In this document: in pieces, positions 1 through 13,055 of the stretch
Position numbering within the stretch: the first letter of the stretch is position 1
Layout: the number at the start of each line of letters is the position of its first letter
Assembly: GCF_006345805.1 (NCBI RefSeq)
Contig: NC_043002.1
Coordinates: 48,174,001 to 48,238,000 of the forward strand
Source: Octopus sinensis
Lineage: Eukaryota
Length of the DNA: 64,000 nt
Direction: 5' to 3'
Made by a program: the position numbers and the translations under genes
The notes under the pieces: model-generated
Databases searched by the model: none
What the model was told of the DNA's origin: nothing
The model's input: only the letters and a program-made list of their open reading frames with translations

Positions 1-49
1 AGGTTGTCTAACTTAAATTCTAAAAGAATTATGCACTTTAGTTGAATAT

Positions 50-459
50 AGGTGTAGGAGTGGCTGTGTGGTAAGTAGCTTGCTTATGAACCACATGGTT
101 GCGGGTTCAGTCCGACTGCATGGCACCTTGGGCAAATGTTTCTACTATAGCCTCGGGCCGACCAGAGACTTGTGAGTAGATTTAGCAGATGGAAACTGAA
201 AGAAGCTTGTTGTATATATGTATAAATATGTATGTGTGTGTGTAAATGATTGTGTGTCTGTGTTTGTCCCCACCAACAATACTTGACAACCAATGCTGGT
301 GTTTACGTCCCAGTAACTTAGCGGTTCGGCAAAAGAGACCAATAGAATAAGTACTAGGCTTACAAAGAATAAATCCTGGGGTCGATTTGCTCGACTAAAG
401 GCAGTGCTCCAGCATGGCCACAGTCAAAATGACTGAAACATGTAAAAGAGTAAAAGAGA
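50..459 (+). mobile_element. tRNA-derived SINE, family A (internal CA/TA microsatellite, GTAAAAGA tail)
   Basis: A-box-like TGGCTGTGTGGTAAG and B-box-like GGTTCAGTCC. Colinear with the reverse-complement copy at 26935-27372. Ends in GTAAAAGAGTAAAAGAG. Confidence 0.85.
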
Positions 460-1516
460 TATTTTCAGTATTTTTTCATAACGGGTTATGGTCAGAAAAT
501 AAGTTTGCAGTGTAGATAATTATTACATTACAATGATTTGTAATACCTTTGGTTCAAATCAAAAATGATTACCTTCAATTCCCAGACACTGCTTCAATAT
601 TCACACTCCAGTTTAATCAATCAATGTACAGTCAACTGCCCAATGCACAGATAATTAATATAAAGTGAGAAGCATCTCTCCCAATATGCTGCAAAGTTTT
701 AAGCACTAATTTTTTTACATGTTCTTACTCAAGATCAAGCAAATTGTAAATGAATGAAATACTTGGACAGAAATGATTAGATTGCTTACTATCATTATCC
801 ATGTAAAGGAATATAATTTACGAAAATAATGATATTTAAAATATATTCTATTCTTACTTTGGAATCAAAGGCATTCAGATGCATCATATGTTATCTTGCT
901 GCCAAAAGCTCACTTAATAATTCCTGAAATTATCTGAATTTGCAGAAGTATCTAACAATATAAAAATACTGTGAAAACAAATAGAAAAAGAAAAACTTTC
1001 ATCAATGAAGTCTGTTACTGAAATTATTTGTAAACAGAGATTTTAGGACACATTGGATAATGTACTTCTGAATGTAAGTCTGGATGCACTAAAGTTGAAA
1101 AAGATGGGAAAGTCAAAGCTAGAATGCTATTGGTTATACATTTGCTTGATCAGTGCTTATTAGGGCCAACCAGATTGATCTGTCAGATAAGATATTTGTT
1201 TCATTTTATTGTTAACATGCTTTCCTCTTAGCCCCATGACCTGGCTTTCCTTTGTTCTCTATCTGCCTAGATTTCCACAAAACAGCTACATATTGCATCT
1301 GTCTATTAAATATTAATTGCCTATTACTAAAACAAAGCTGTATCACTTCAGTTATTATATTAGTTTATAAGAACTAAAGTAAACATTTAAATGTTTAAAT
1401 TCTTCAGTGACCACTTAATGCCAACTTATCCGAACTAATAAACTTCTTTTACATTCATCCATTTATATGTCTGTATGTATGCATGTGTGTATACACACAC
1501 ATACACAAAATGTGTA

Positions 1517-1559
<43 letters not shown>

Positions 1560-1561
<2 letters not shown>

Positions 1562-2190
1562 GATTTAAACATGAGCTACTATAAATTTCATGTTTCTATA
1601 TAATATAGAAGGTAGATGAGCTTGTATGGTATGCTGTGACCTATCCTGCAATCCTTCTAGCTCAAAATAAGCATGGCTACTCTGAGAAAATGCGGCAAAG
1701 AATGGGGAAGAAAGAAAGAAAGATGACAAAGAAAGCTTGGAGGAAAGGGAGATAAGAGTTGTGACCCACTGGCCCATTAGAAGGGGAATTAACCATGGTT
1801 CATGGGGTTAATTTGATATGGAAATGTTAAAGCTTGTATGACTATATGCCTAACATGGAGAGGGTTGTATTCTCCAGTGCAATAGTTGAAACCTGTTAAG
1901 ATATTTGCATTTTATGAAAATCTGTGATCTTGAATGAAATAGATCAAAGAAGTTCTTAGATTTGAAGATATGAGTCCTTTCAGCTATACAAAGCCTGCAC
2001 CTCCTCAACCTATTAACATATGGTGTGGATTGCTTAATGATGCTCCTTTGATGGTGTGTGTGTAAGGGTGATGTTTTTAAGTGTAAGAACTCCATCAAGC
2101 AACTGATAAAATATTTGTATGTTCAATATGTTTTGTCAGAGACCAATAACTGCATAAAGTGAATAAAAACAGACTATCAACAACACAACA
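1560..2190 (-). mobile_element. Decayed Penelope-like element: 3' end of the GIY-YIG endonuclease ORF plus tail
   Basis: ORF 1850-2098 (SIIKQSTPYVNRLRRCRLCIAERTHIFKSKNFFDLFHSRSQIFIKCKYLNRF) matches the PLE endonuclease C-terminal pattern CxLC..E...I....L..RSE...C. The element's 3' end abuts the (TA)n run at ~1523-1558. Confidence 0.65.
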
Positions 2191-3779
2191 TCGATACTTA
2201 AACATCATTAATATTTTATACTTCTGTTTATACTGTATGGCACAATATTGATGTATATAGAATTGAAAATGTAACTGAAGTTCTTTACTAATTCAAACCA
2301 CTTAACTAATATGATCTGATTCCTGTCTAAAGTCAGTTTTATCTTTGTAAAGATTAAAGGTCACTTGTCATTTCTTTATAATCAAGACATTAATGAAATA
2401 TTATATGTAATTCTAAACAAAAATAGAAAATAATCCTCTTTTCTCTTCTCCCAAGATAAGAGATTTAGGTTAACTTGATTAAAAATCATACTCAAACAAA
2501 AGTTTTATCTAAATTTGATTGAATACATCTGTCAGTAGAATTTTTCCTGTTCTGACCAGTTTGGGTGAATAAGGATTATTAAAAGTATGAAAAGAACAGC
2601 ATATTCTTGTTTAAATAAATACATTAAGTTACTGCATATATATTATTCAGTTTCAAAGAAATGACTGCAAATACAATTTCAAAGCATACACATCAAAATG
2701 TAGCATATTTGTATTTATACATGGTATTAGCTCAAATAATTACTTATTTCTCATTATAATACACTTATTTTGTTACAAAGGAAATGGAATTTTTATAAGC
2801 TTCTAGTGCAATGTAAATATTTATCTCTGCAATTAACTATTGTAATTATGAAGTGAAAAATTATAATTCTTTGGGATGGGCTACACTGATAATTAAAATG
2901 TTTTCATAAATAAAGGAATGAATAAATAGACATTAAAGATTAAAAGAGAAATAGAAGAAAGGAAATAGAGAAGTTATTGGCTGTAATGGATAAAGAAAAT
3001 ATATTTATGATGAATTATGTTAAATGGTGTGATTAATAGAAATAAGAAAATGTCCTACAGATGCATAACTAAATTGACTTCAATATGTTACTGGTTACCA
3101 GGTCATATTTTTATTGTGTTATTTCAATATTTAATGACTTAGCCAGAGGAGGATTGGCAGTTCCTATGATATTTGAAAGGCCTCCATGACTTAACAAGAG
3201 GAAGGGAGGAAGTTATCCACAGAGTGGAGACCTGGTGTGAATATTTGTACTAAGGCAGATTCAGCAAAACATCCACTAGAGGCAGGCGGTGATATAAAAC
3301 AAGGCAAAAAATTAAGTCTATCATCAAAAAGCAAAGCAGGAACGGTCATTCTAGGCTTTGGCTGACTCGAGGCTATAGTATAAGACACTAGCCCAAGGTG
3401 CTATAAAGATGGACTGAACCTGAAATTATATAATGGCAAAGCAGCCATTCTAACTATGCAGCTATTCCTTCTGCTACTGCATACAATGTTAAGGAGGTAT
3501 TTTTCTTTATGGAGCAGGAGACAGTGAAATACAGAATTAAATGCAGCAGTTTCTCGTTTAAAATATATAAATTTAGGCTTGGTAAATGATTACAATAAAT
3601 ATCCAAAAACGTTGGTATGGAGTTACTAGACAAATTCATTTTTACATTCACCTCCTAAGTGATATATTAAATGCTCTCAGCCCAGCCAATGCCAGCACTG
3701 AAAATGAATGTTAATGATGAGGGTGATGTTGATGTTCATATTACACAAGCAATAGCAAAGCTTTTTAAATAAAATAGTT

Positions 3780-4148
3780 TGGTTAAGAGGCTTGCACTGT
3801 AACCACGTGGTTATAGGTTCAGTCCCACTGCCTGGCATCTTGGACAAATATCTTGTACTATAGCCCTGGGCAGACCAATACTTTGTAAGTGTATATGTAT
3901 GTATATTTATATATATCTATGTATAGTGTGTATGTCTTTGAGCTTGTGTTTGAAACCCCACCACTGCTTGACAACTGGTGCTGCATTTTTTTATGTTCCT
4001 GTAACTTAGCAGTTCAGCCAAAGAGAACAATAGAATAAGTACCAGACTTATAAACGAGTACTAATGTCGATTTGTTCAACTAAAACCTTCAAGGCAGTGC
4101 CCCTGCATGGCTGCAGTCCAATGACTGAAGCAAGTAAAAGATAAAAGA
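3780..4148 (+). mobile_element. SINE family A, older CpG-decayed copy
   Basis: Colinear with 50-459, ending GTAAAAGATAAAAG, with many CG>TG/CA changes. Confidence 0.8.
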
Positions 4149-5116
4149 ATTATAACTAAAGTATTCTACTCTAATGGAAACTTACAGCTGAGTAATACAA
4201 TATAAACAGTCAATGGAAGCAAGAGGTGAAGATTACCTTTCTGGCCCACATTAGTTACTACATCATTCTCATTCAGTAACTCCAAGATTACAGAATTTTC
4301 AATTTGATGGTTGTATCTTTGACCCCTTTTTACCTTTATTTTCCCTGCAGGCATTTTTTATATATGCTAACTTCATGGCAACATTTTGAATACACTGAGA
4401 CGAAGAGAAAGTGAAGATGAAAGGTCTTTCACTTTATCTTGCTTCCTTTTACTTAGACCATTTTCTCATCAAAATATTACTTTCTAAAGTTGTGCATTTC
4501 TGTATTTAGATGAATGCTGCTTTTATATATTCCTTATTTAAATCTAAATAACTTTTTATTGATCATATAACATTAAACATCTAAGTTACAATTAATCTCT
4601 ACATATACTCTCCTTTCATTTATTATCACAATCTCTAGTTCCTCTTGTATTTTACCATCCATATTTATTGATATATCAGTTCTTTTCAGTTCACTATTCT
4701 GCTGCAATATTCTCCTAACTTCTTAATTTTCAGTCAGTATCTCTTGCACTTCCTTTGATAAATAAGAAATATGACAACTCAGGTTATGCTAAATGTAACT
4801 CTTTTTTGGAAAGTGGCTATTAATAATGTCATTGCACAAGTTGTTGGCACAATAAATATACGTGATTGTTGTTAAAAATCTGTAACGCAAGTAAATTTAT
4901 GACATGGAAGTAGCTGTTTGAATAAACTATGCTCCAGTCTGGCCTGGGAATACAATGAAGTCATTGTCTTGCATTGAATTATTATATATTATACTTTGCC
5001 ATTTTGATTAGTATTTAAGCAATGGTACTTAGAGTCATATGCTATCATTTATTTCGAAAGGAACGAGATTATTTTTAAAGGAGAGAAGTTTTACTATCAA
5101 AACAAGTTGAATGGCT

Positions 5117-5588
5117 ATCATCATCATCATCATCATCATCATAGATAGTCTAACATCCAGTTTTCAATGTCTGCATGGGTCAGTGGGAATTCATTGAGGC
5201 GGATTTCCTATGGTTGGAGGCACTTCTTGTTGCCAACCCTTGACTATTTCCAAGCAAAGTAATATTTCTCCATGGCTGAACATGTTTTCATAAAAGATTG
5301 GAAACAAAGGACACCACTTGTATGATAGTGCTGCTTTGTTTTTGCATCTATTAAACAATGTCAAGCCAAAGAGACAGGAAACACTAACACAATCCCCACC
5401 ACAAACACACACACACACATGCACATATACGATGGCTTCTTTAAATTTCTGTTTACCAAATCCATTTAAAAGGCTTTAGGTTAACCTGGGGCCACAGTAG
5501 AAGACACTTGCCTAAGAAGCTATGCAGTAGGAGTGAATCTGAAACCACGACATTGAGAAGTAAACTTCTTAACCATACAGCCATACCT
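5117..5588 (-). mobile_element. SINE with a family-A tRNA head but an RTE-type (GAT)n tail
   Basis: 5430-5588 is the reverse complement of the family-A head. 5117-5240 is the reverse complement of a sequence similar to the RTE 3' end at 12530-12674, including (CAT)n. Confidence 0.65.
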
Positions 5589-5667
5589 GGACCTTGGTTA
5601 AAACAGCTAATCCATTGAATAATATAGTTAGGATCGTTCACTGTATATTACAAACATATTCTCACAA

Positions 5668-5840
5668 CCTGTAGCTCCATTTCTCACTGGAATTTGCTTG
5701 AGATAGACATAGATACAATATTGATAAAACTGCGAGTCAACAGTTTAGAAGCCTGTAGCTCCATTTCTCACTGGAATTTGCTTGAGATAGACATAGATAC
5801 AATATTGATAAAACTGCGAGTCAACAGTTTAGAAGCCTGT
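5668..5840. repeat. Perfect 84-bp tandem duplication
   Basis: 5668-5751 is identical to 5752-5835, with CCTGT microhomology at all three junctions. Confidence 0.95.
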
Positions 5841-7182
5841 TCTCTGACTCAACTAAGTCATGCTTTATAAACAGATTAACTGCTTTGAGAGAGAAGAAAG
5901 AAAAAACTGAATATTACCATGTAACTAAATAATACATGTATGAGTGTGCATGTGTATGAGCGTGCATATGTATGTATGTATGTATGTGTGTGTGTGTGTG
6001 TGTGTATGTGTTTGTATATTAGTGCTTATGTGTATGTGTCTGTGAGAAAAAAATATTGTGTTGACCTATATTTTTTGAAAAGCTTAACTGAGCTGAAAAC
6101 TCAACACTTCCATCATCATCATGTTTATTTTTTTCCCACACTGCTAGAAGCACATGGGCACAAGTTACCACTGTGGATGTCATCTATTAGGGGTGTTAGA
6201 AGATATAAATACATAGAGTGAAATGGTCCCAAGATTGATGGTCATACTAATACTAAAAGTATGTAGTGCTTAGAAAGATAGAGAAATTTGTTGACTAAGT
6301 AAATACCGAATGTTAAGATCTGAGTAAATACTGAATGATCCATGATATACAGTTAAAGGAATGGCTCTATGATTACAAGTTTACTTTACAACTACATTGA
6401 TTTGATTCAGTCCCAATGTACATCACTTTAAGCAAGTATCTCCTATGCCTTGAGGATAAATTTGATAGAAGGAAACTGCAAGAAGCCTTTCATATATGCA
6501 TGTGCATACAAATGTACATGAATATTGATATCTCATGGCTTTGCTAAAATGTAATGGTGAATGAGATTTACATTCTTTGTTGAGATTGTGATTTCAAAGG
6601 CCTTTAGAATAAAAAAAAAAAGAAAAACCAAAACCTTTTACTGGAAACAAATAAGGGATGGAAAAAAAAGGTACTTCAGGCCATAAAATCTTCCTTCAAA
6701 ATACATCCCCAAAGAATGAAAAACAGGCATTAAACAAGCAAATGAATAGAGGAAGAGACATGATAATTACATTAAAAGTTAACTCTATAATGCTTAATGC
6801 TAATAACCATGGGTGAACTCAAATGTTTCTTCATGTTTGAACAGTATTATTACATGCAAGCAATTACAATAGCTAACAGTTATTGTATAATTACTGTCAT
6901 TGGGATAATTTACATATGACGCTTAGTCATCTTCTACTCTCTCATTCACCACTCTCTGACTTCTCTCAATCTCTCTCACTTCTTCTAAAACGAGAGTAGT
7001 TATGTAGCTGCTCTGCAACAAGAAACCTGTTCTGCTATGGTCCACTCTATCTCATACTTTTATCCATTTTTGCTTCTCATCTCCTAGCACAAAGTTGTTC
7101 CCTTGAGGCTTGTAGTCTTGCAAACTGCATGATGGCCACATAAGTGTTGGTAATCCTCGAAGAAAAAAAAACCCCAGTAAAG

Positions 7183-7520
7183 TGTGAAGGTGCATGATTC
7201 AATGGTTAGAGCATCAGGTTCACAATCATGAGGTAGTGAGTTCGATTTCCAGACCAGGCTGTGTGTTGTGTTCTCAAACAAGACACTTTATTTCAGATTG
7301 CTCCAGTTCACTCAGCTGTTGAAATGAGTTGCAATGTTACGGATGCCAAGCTGTATCAGCCTTTGCCTTTTCCTTGGATAACATTGGTGGCATGAAGAAG
7401 AGAGGCTGGCATGCATGGACGACTGCTGGTCTTCCATAAGCAACTTTTCCTGGACTAGTGCCTTGGAGGGTAACTTTCTAGGTGCAATTCCATGCTCATT
7501 CATGACCAAAGGGGTTCTTT
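7183..7520 (+). mobile_element. tRNA-derived SINE, family B (CpG-decayed copy)
   Basis: B-box GAGTTCGATTTC. Colinear with 37788-38114. Confidence 0.8.
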
Positions 7521-8125
7521 AAAGTGGTTGGCATTAGAAAAGGCATCCAACACTAGAGACCATGCCAAAGCAGACACTGGAGCACAGACCCTATTAAACT
7601 ATCTAATCTATGTCAACATGGAACATGGATATTAAATGACGATGGCGATATATAGAGTGTTGAACAGGCAGATTTGTTAGTATGTCAGAATGCTTTGCTG
7701 CATTTTCTTTGGGCCCTGAATGCAAATCCTGCCAAGGTCAATTTAGCTTTTTAATCTTTCCGAGTCAATATCTATTTTACTAGCATTGTACAAAGTTTCA
7801 TTCTTCTCTTTCTCACTTCCACTCTTTTCCTATGGAATAAATTATCTGTTTTCAGACCTGGACCAGGGTGGATGGGGTTCTGCTAAACATTTAAAATGAC
7901 CAAGACATACAAATATATCATAATAGCATTTCTCTGACATCATTAAAACTGGAGGATCCCCAAAATGAAGGATACAAATATATATACATATATATGAACT
8001 TATATGTGTTAGTCAGTGAGTTGTTAGTGTGTGTGTGGTCAACCCACAAGGGACTAAACACAGAGGGGACAAACAAGGCAGACAAACGGATTAAGTCGGC
8101 TATATCTACCCCAGTGCGTAACTGG

Positions 8126-11100
8126 TGGTGTTATATTAGCTATCAATAATGATATTCCCTCTGATTTTTCTGATTTTCAAACCTATTTATCTAATGTTTA
8201 TTTATCGACAATGCCGTCCCCAGTCAAATTCCCTCACACCGCTTATTGTCACGTGTCCCTTGACCTCTCTCTCTAACTAACCCTATCTCTCTCTCTCTAT
8301 GTCCCCCCTTCCCATAACCATCATCGCCATGGTTCTCTATGACCCCCCCCCTTCCCAAAACCATCATCGCCATATATAAAAGAGCGATCGCATTTATCGT
8401 TAACCCCACTCGCTTCAAAATATCTAAAGAATACGCACAGATCATGAATGGCTAAAAGTTAAGTGAATCGTCCAACCTCGCTACGACTACCTTCTTTCTT
8501 GCACTTATTCTTATTCTTTCTCTATTCTTCAATTTCCATCTCATTGTATTGTCCCTCATTCTTTCAGTATTCCCTCATTACCCTGTCTAGCTCAAACATT
8601 TTTTTTTTTTTTTTTTCGTTTAGACTTGTCTACAGGTTCATAGCCACTCTGATTTTTCAATTTTTCGCTTAGTGTTGTCTCCCGATTCATACAACCCATT
8701 TGCTAGCTCATACGATTAACAGAACCTCTTTACTCAGACACGGTGCACCCGCCCTCCCACCCCCACCACGCATGCCGGAAGTTCCTATTCTCTGCCATTC
8801 CGGGGTTGCTTCCCATGAAGACTGCAAATGTTCTCACCATCCCTACCCCTCCCTACCCCTAGTCTCGACGACTATGTAAGGTAATGTTCATACAGTGCAA
8901 AATATGAAAGGCTAGCGTTATGCAGGTTGTACTGAAGCTACTTTACTACTTCATTTCTTGCACATGAATTCTGCCAAATGCGAGCTTTCTTTTCAGGTAC
9001 ACGAAGCTACTGTCCACCGTCCCAGGTCTCTAGAGCCCATGCCTCCCACACCCTCAGGGTTGGCACCCTCAACGTTGGCACTCTGAAAGGTAGGTCTGGT
9101 GAGATAGTCGAGATGCTTGAACGGAGATGTGTGGATATATGTTGCATGCCAGAAATAAGGTGGAGAGGAGGATCAGCTAGGTTCCTCACACAAGGAACGC
9201 AGGTACAAGATTTTCTGGGGGAAACACTGACGGGGTTGGTGGCGTGGGTATACTTATCGCTGAGAAATGGGTAGATAAAGTAATTGAGGTAATCAGAGTA
9301 TGTGACAGAATACTTAAGATTAGATTAGTGCTTCATCATAGTTTAGCAACCATTATATCAGCCTATGCTCCTCAGTCGGGGCTACCCGATGGACAGAAAG
9401 ACCGATTCTATGACACTCTACTGCAGACTACCTCGTTGACGAACGACAGAGACCTTATCTTTGTGGCTGGTGACTTCAATGGTCACGTTGGACGACATGC
9501 TGGGGGCTTCCATGGCGTACATGGAGGCTATGGCTATGGCTCCTGCAACGAGGAGGGAACCAGGCTGCTGGAGTTCTGCGATGCAAATAATCTTATGATT
9601 TGCAACTTCAGGAAACCTACCAGCCACCTAGTCACTTACCAATCGGGCCAACATACCAGCCAAATTGACTACATCCTTACAAGGCAAAGGGAGAGATGGC
9701 TGCTTATAAATGCCAAAACCTTCCCAGGTGAAGAATGTACCCCACAACATAGACTGGTAGTTAGTGACTTTAGGATCAGGACTAGGAGGACAACCAGAAG
9801 ACGACAAATATGGAGAAGAAGGATCTGGAAGCTTAAAGATCCTGCAAATGGACAGAGATTTAGGGACATATACTACTTGAAGCCTCTGACGAAGTAGAAG
9901 GGGATAGAGCATCACAGGGGGTAGAAGACAGCTGGACGTTTCTAAGGGACAACCTGCTGAGAGCCACTGACCAGATCTGTGGCTGGTGCAAAGTCCCCTC
10001 TCGACCTAGAATAACGTGGTGGTGGAACAATATTGTAGACAGGGCTATTAGAGAAAAGAGACAGGCTTGGAAGGTCTGGAAAAATGGGGGTAGCAGGGGA
10101 TTGTATCAGACTGCCAAAAGAGAAGCTAGGAGACAGGTTTATTTAGCCAGAGGGGAAGCAGATAAGAAAAAATTTGCCAATGTTCTGCGCCGTGAGGACC
10201 AAAGACTGGAGGTGTTTCGTGTTGCAAGACAGTGTGTGAGAGAGAATCGTGATGTGGTAGGAGAGAAGTGTGTTCGCATGGAAGATGGTTCACTTGCGCT
10301 AAATGAGGATGCAAAGAGAGAGGTTTGGAGATGCCACTATGAAAGGTTGCTGAATGAAGAAAATGAATGGGATAAAGAGAGTCTGCCGAATGTTGACCCA
10401 ACAGAGGGACCAGCTATCCGAGTTGATAGTTCCGTGGTAGCTAAGGCAATTAGAAGCATGAAGACAGGGAAAGCCCCAGGCCCATCAGGAATCACTGCAG
10501 AGATGCTCAAAATGTCTGGTAGTGTCGGCTATAGCCTAGTCACCCGTATAGTTAATCAGGTGATACACAAAGGGGTCATACCCAATGACTGGTGTAGCAG
10601 TATAATAGTCAACTGCTACAAAGGTAAAGGTGATGCCCTAGATACAAATAACTACAGAGGTATCAAGCTGTTGGACCAGGTGATGAAGGTTACGGAGAGG
10701 GTCATAGCCCAACTAATTAGAGAGAGAGTTAGTTTAGATGAGATGCAGTTTGGGTTTGTGCCAGGGAAAAGTACTACTGATGCTATATTCCTGGTAAGGC
10801 AGCTGCAGGAGAATACCTAGCCAAAGATAAGCCCCTGTACCTGGCTTTTGTTGACATGGAGAAAGCCTTCGACAGGGTCCCCCGATCCCTTATCTGGTGG
10901 GCAATGAGGAAACTAGGGATAGATGAATGGTTAGTGAGAGCTGTGCGGGCCATGTACAGGGACCCCGCTAGTAGGGTGAGGGTTGGAAATGTGTACAGTG
11001 AAGAATTCCGGGTAGAGGTAGGAGTCCACCAAGGCTCAGTACTCAGCCCCTTCCTATTTATCATAGTCCTCCAGGCAATAACGGAGGAATTCAAGACAGG

Positions 11101-12674
11101 ATGCCCTTGGGAGCTCCTCTATGCTGATGACCTTGCTCTAATTGCTGAGTCGCTATCAGAACTGGAGGAGAAGTTTCAGGTGTGGAAACAAGGATTAGAA
11201 TCGAAGGGCCTCAGAGTCAATCTAGCTAAAACCAAAGTCGTAATCAGTAGGAAGGTAGACAAATCACAAACACCTTCAGGTAGATGGCCCTGCTCGATCT
11301 GTAGAAAAGGTGTAGGTAGAAACTCTATAAGATGCACCCCGTCTCCCCCCCCCACCCACCCCCCCCGCAGCAATGTCAAAGGAAGGCTAACTAGGAAGAT
11401 GGTTTTTGTATGTGGCAGATGCTCAGGAACAATAAACACTGAAAATGCTCTGAGACCAACTTCCGTCACTTTCCAGGGAGAAAAACTAGAAATAGTTATA
11501 GTTTCCGTTACCTAGGTGACCAAGTCAGCAGCGGGGGCGGGTGTGCTGAAAGTGTAACTGCTAGAGTAAGAATAGCTTGGGCAAAGTTCAGAGAGCTCTT
11601 ACCTCTGCTGGTGACAAAAGGCCTCTCGCACAGAGTGAAGGCAGACTGTATGATGCGTGTGTACGAACAGCCATGCTACATGGCAGTGAAACATGGGCCG
11701 TGACTGCTGAGGATATGCGTAAGCTTGCTAGAAATGAAGCCAGTATGCTCCGATGGATGTGTAATGCCGGTACTCACACTCGGCAGAGTGTAAGTACCTG
11801 AGAGAAAAGCTGGACCTAAGAAGCATCAGTTGTGGTGTGCAAGAGAGACGTTTGCGCTGGTATGGTCATGTGGCGAGAATAGATGAAGATAGTGTTGTGA
11901 AAAAGTGCCACACCCTAGCGGTTGAGGGAACCTGTGGAAGAGGCAGATCCAGGAAAACCTGGGACGAGGTGGTGAAGCACGACCTTCGAACTTTAGGTCT
12001 CACTGAGGAAATGACTAGAGACCGAGACCTCTGGAAGTGTGCTGTGGCGCGAGAAGACCCGGCAGGACAAGTGAGTCCATAACCCGTGGCCTTCTACATG
12101 GGATGGAGCCAGCCTACGTATGCATACCTTCCCTTCTTGGGACACAAAACTCTACTTGTGAAGACGTGATGAGGCAAGTGAGGATCAGAATCGAAATCGA
12201 TCAATGGAAATTGCGGATGTGCTACAGTGCCGGTGGCATGTCAAAACTCTGCTTGTGAAGACCCGTTGAGGCAAGTGACGATCAGAATCGAAATCGATCA
12301 ATGAAATCGATCAATGGAAATTGCAGATGTGTTACCAGTGCCGGTGGCATGTAAGAGAACTTTCCGTTTCGCGACCGTTGCCAGCACCGCCCCGTTCGTG
12401 TCCGTTGCCAGCCTCGCCTGGCCCTCGTGCCGGTGGCACATAAAAAGCACCATCCGTTCGTGGCCGTTTGCCAGCTCTGTCTGGCACCAGTGCGGGTGGC
12501 ACGTAAAAAGCACCCACTACACTCACGGAGTGGTTGGTGTTAGGAAGGGCATCCAGCCGTAGAAACACTGCCAGATTTGACTGGGCCTGATGAAGCCTTC
12601 TGGCTTCACAGACCCCAGTAGAACCGTCCAACCCATGCTAGCATGGAAAACGGACGCTAAACGATGATGATGAT
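8126..12674 (+). mobile_element. Near full-length RTE-clade LINE (APE endonuclease + reverse transcriptase), frameshifted; 5' boundary uncertain
   Basis: APE motifs TLNVGTL, SAYAPQ, AGDFNGHVG, SQIDYIL and QHRLVV. RT motifs GKAPGPSGI, NYRGIKLL, QFGFVPGKST, DMEKAFDRVP, GVHQGSVLSP and LYADDL. RTE-type C-terminus RLRWYGHV..RGRSRKTW. Ends in a (GAT)n tail. Confidence 0.95.
8978..12082 (+). pseudogene. Single RTE ORF broken into at least 6 frames by small indels
   Basis: Consecutive ORFs 8978-9274, 9244-9897, 10101-10820, 10856-11515 and 11837-12082 carry ordered pieces of one APE-RT protein. Confidence 0.9.
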
Positions 12675-13055
12675 TTCCATGCTTGCATGAATCAGATGGA
12701 ATTTGTTGAGGAAAATTTTCTATAGACAGATGTCCTTCCAGTTGCCAACTCCCACCTATTTTTCAGCATGGTAATATTACCCATAGTTAGATATGTTTTC
12801 CTTGGAATACTGAAAATGATCAGCACTTTTTTAATGGTAATGCTTGTTTACAACCATCAGGTAATGTCAAGGGTACACACAAATACACACATACATATAC
12901 ATGTGTGCATGTGTGTGTGAGATATATACAAAGAGTATCTTTCAGTTTTTGTTTACCAAATCCTCTCATAAGGCTTTGGTTTTTCTGGAGCTACGGTGGA
13001 AAACATCTACCTGAAGTGCCAAGCAGACCACATGGTTGGAAAGCAAGCTTCTTGA
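12675..13055 (-). mobile_element. SINE with family-A head and RTE-type tail, truncated at the LINE junction
   Basis: Colinear with 5160-5588 and starts immediately after the LINE (GAT)n tail. Confidence 0.65.

Noticed and set aside
4237-4344. Minus-strand 108-nt phase 1-1 candidate exon (KIKVKRGQRYNHQIENSVILELLNENDVVTNVGQK) in frame with the NtA exon
   Set aside because: The donor AAAG|GTAATC is good, but the acceptor has no polypyrimidine tract and the peptide does not resemble agrin. It would need RNA-seq support.
8881-8996. Possible intron in the RTE 5' region (AAG|GTAATG ... TTTCTTTTCAG|G)
   Set aside because: Splicing would remove the ATG at 8978, and the joined upstream frame has an immediate TAA.
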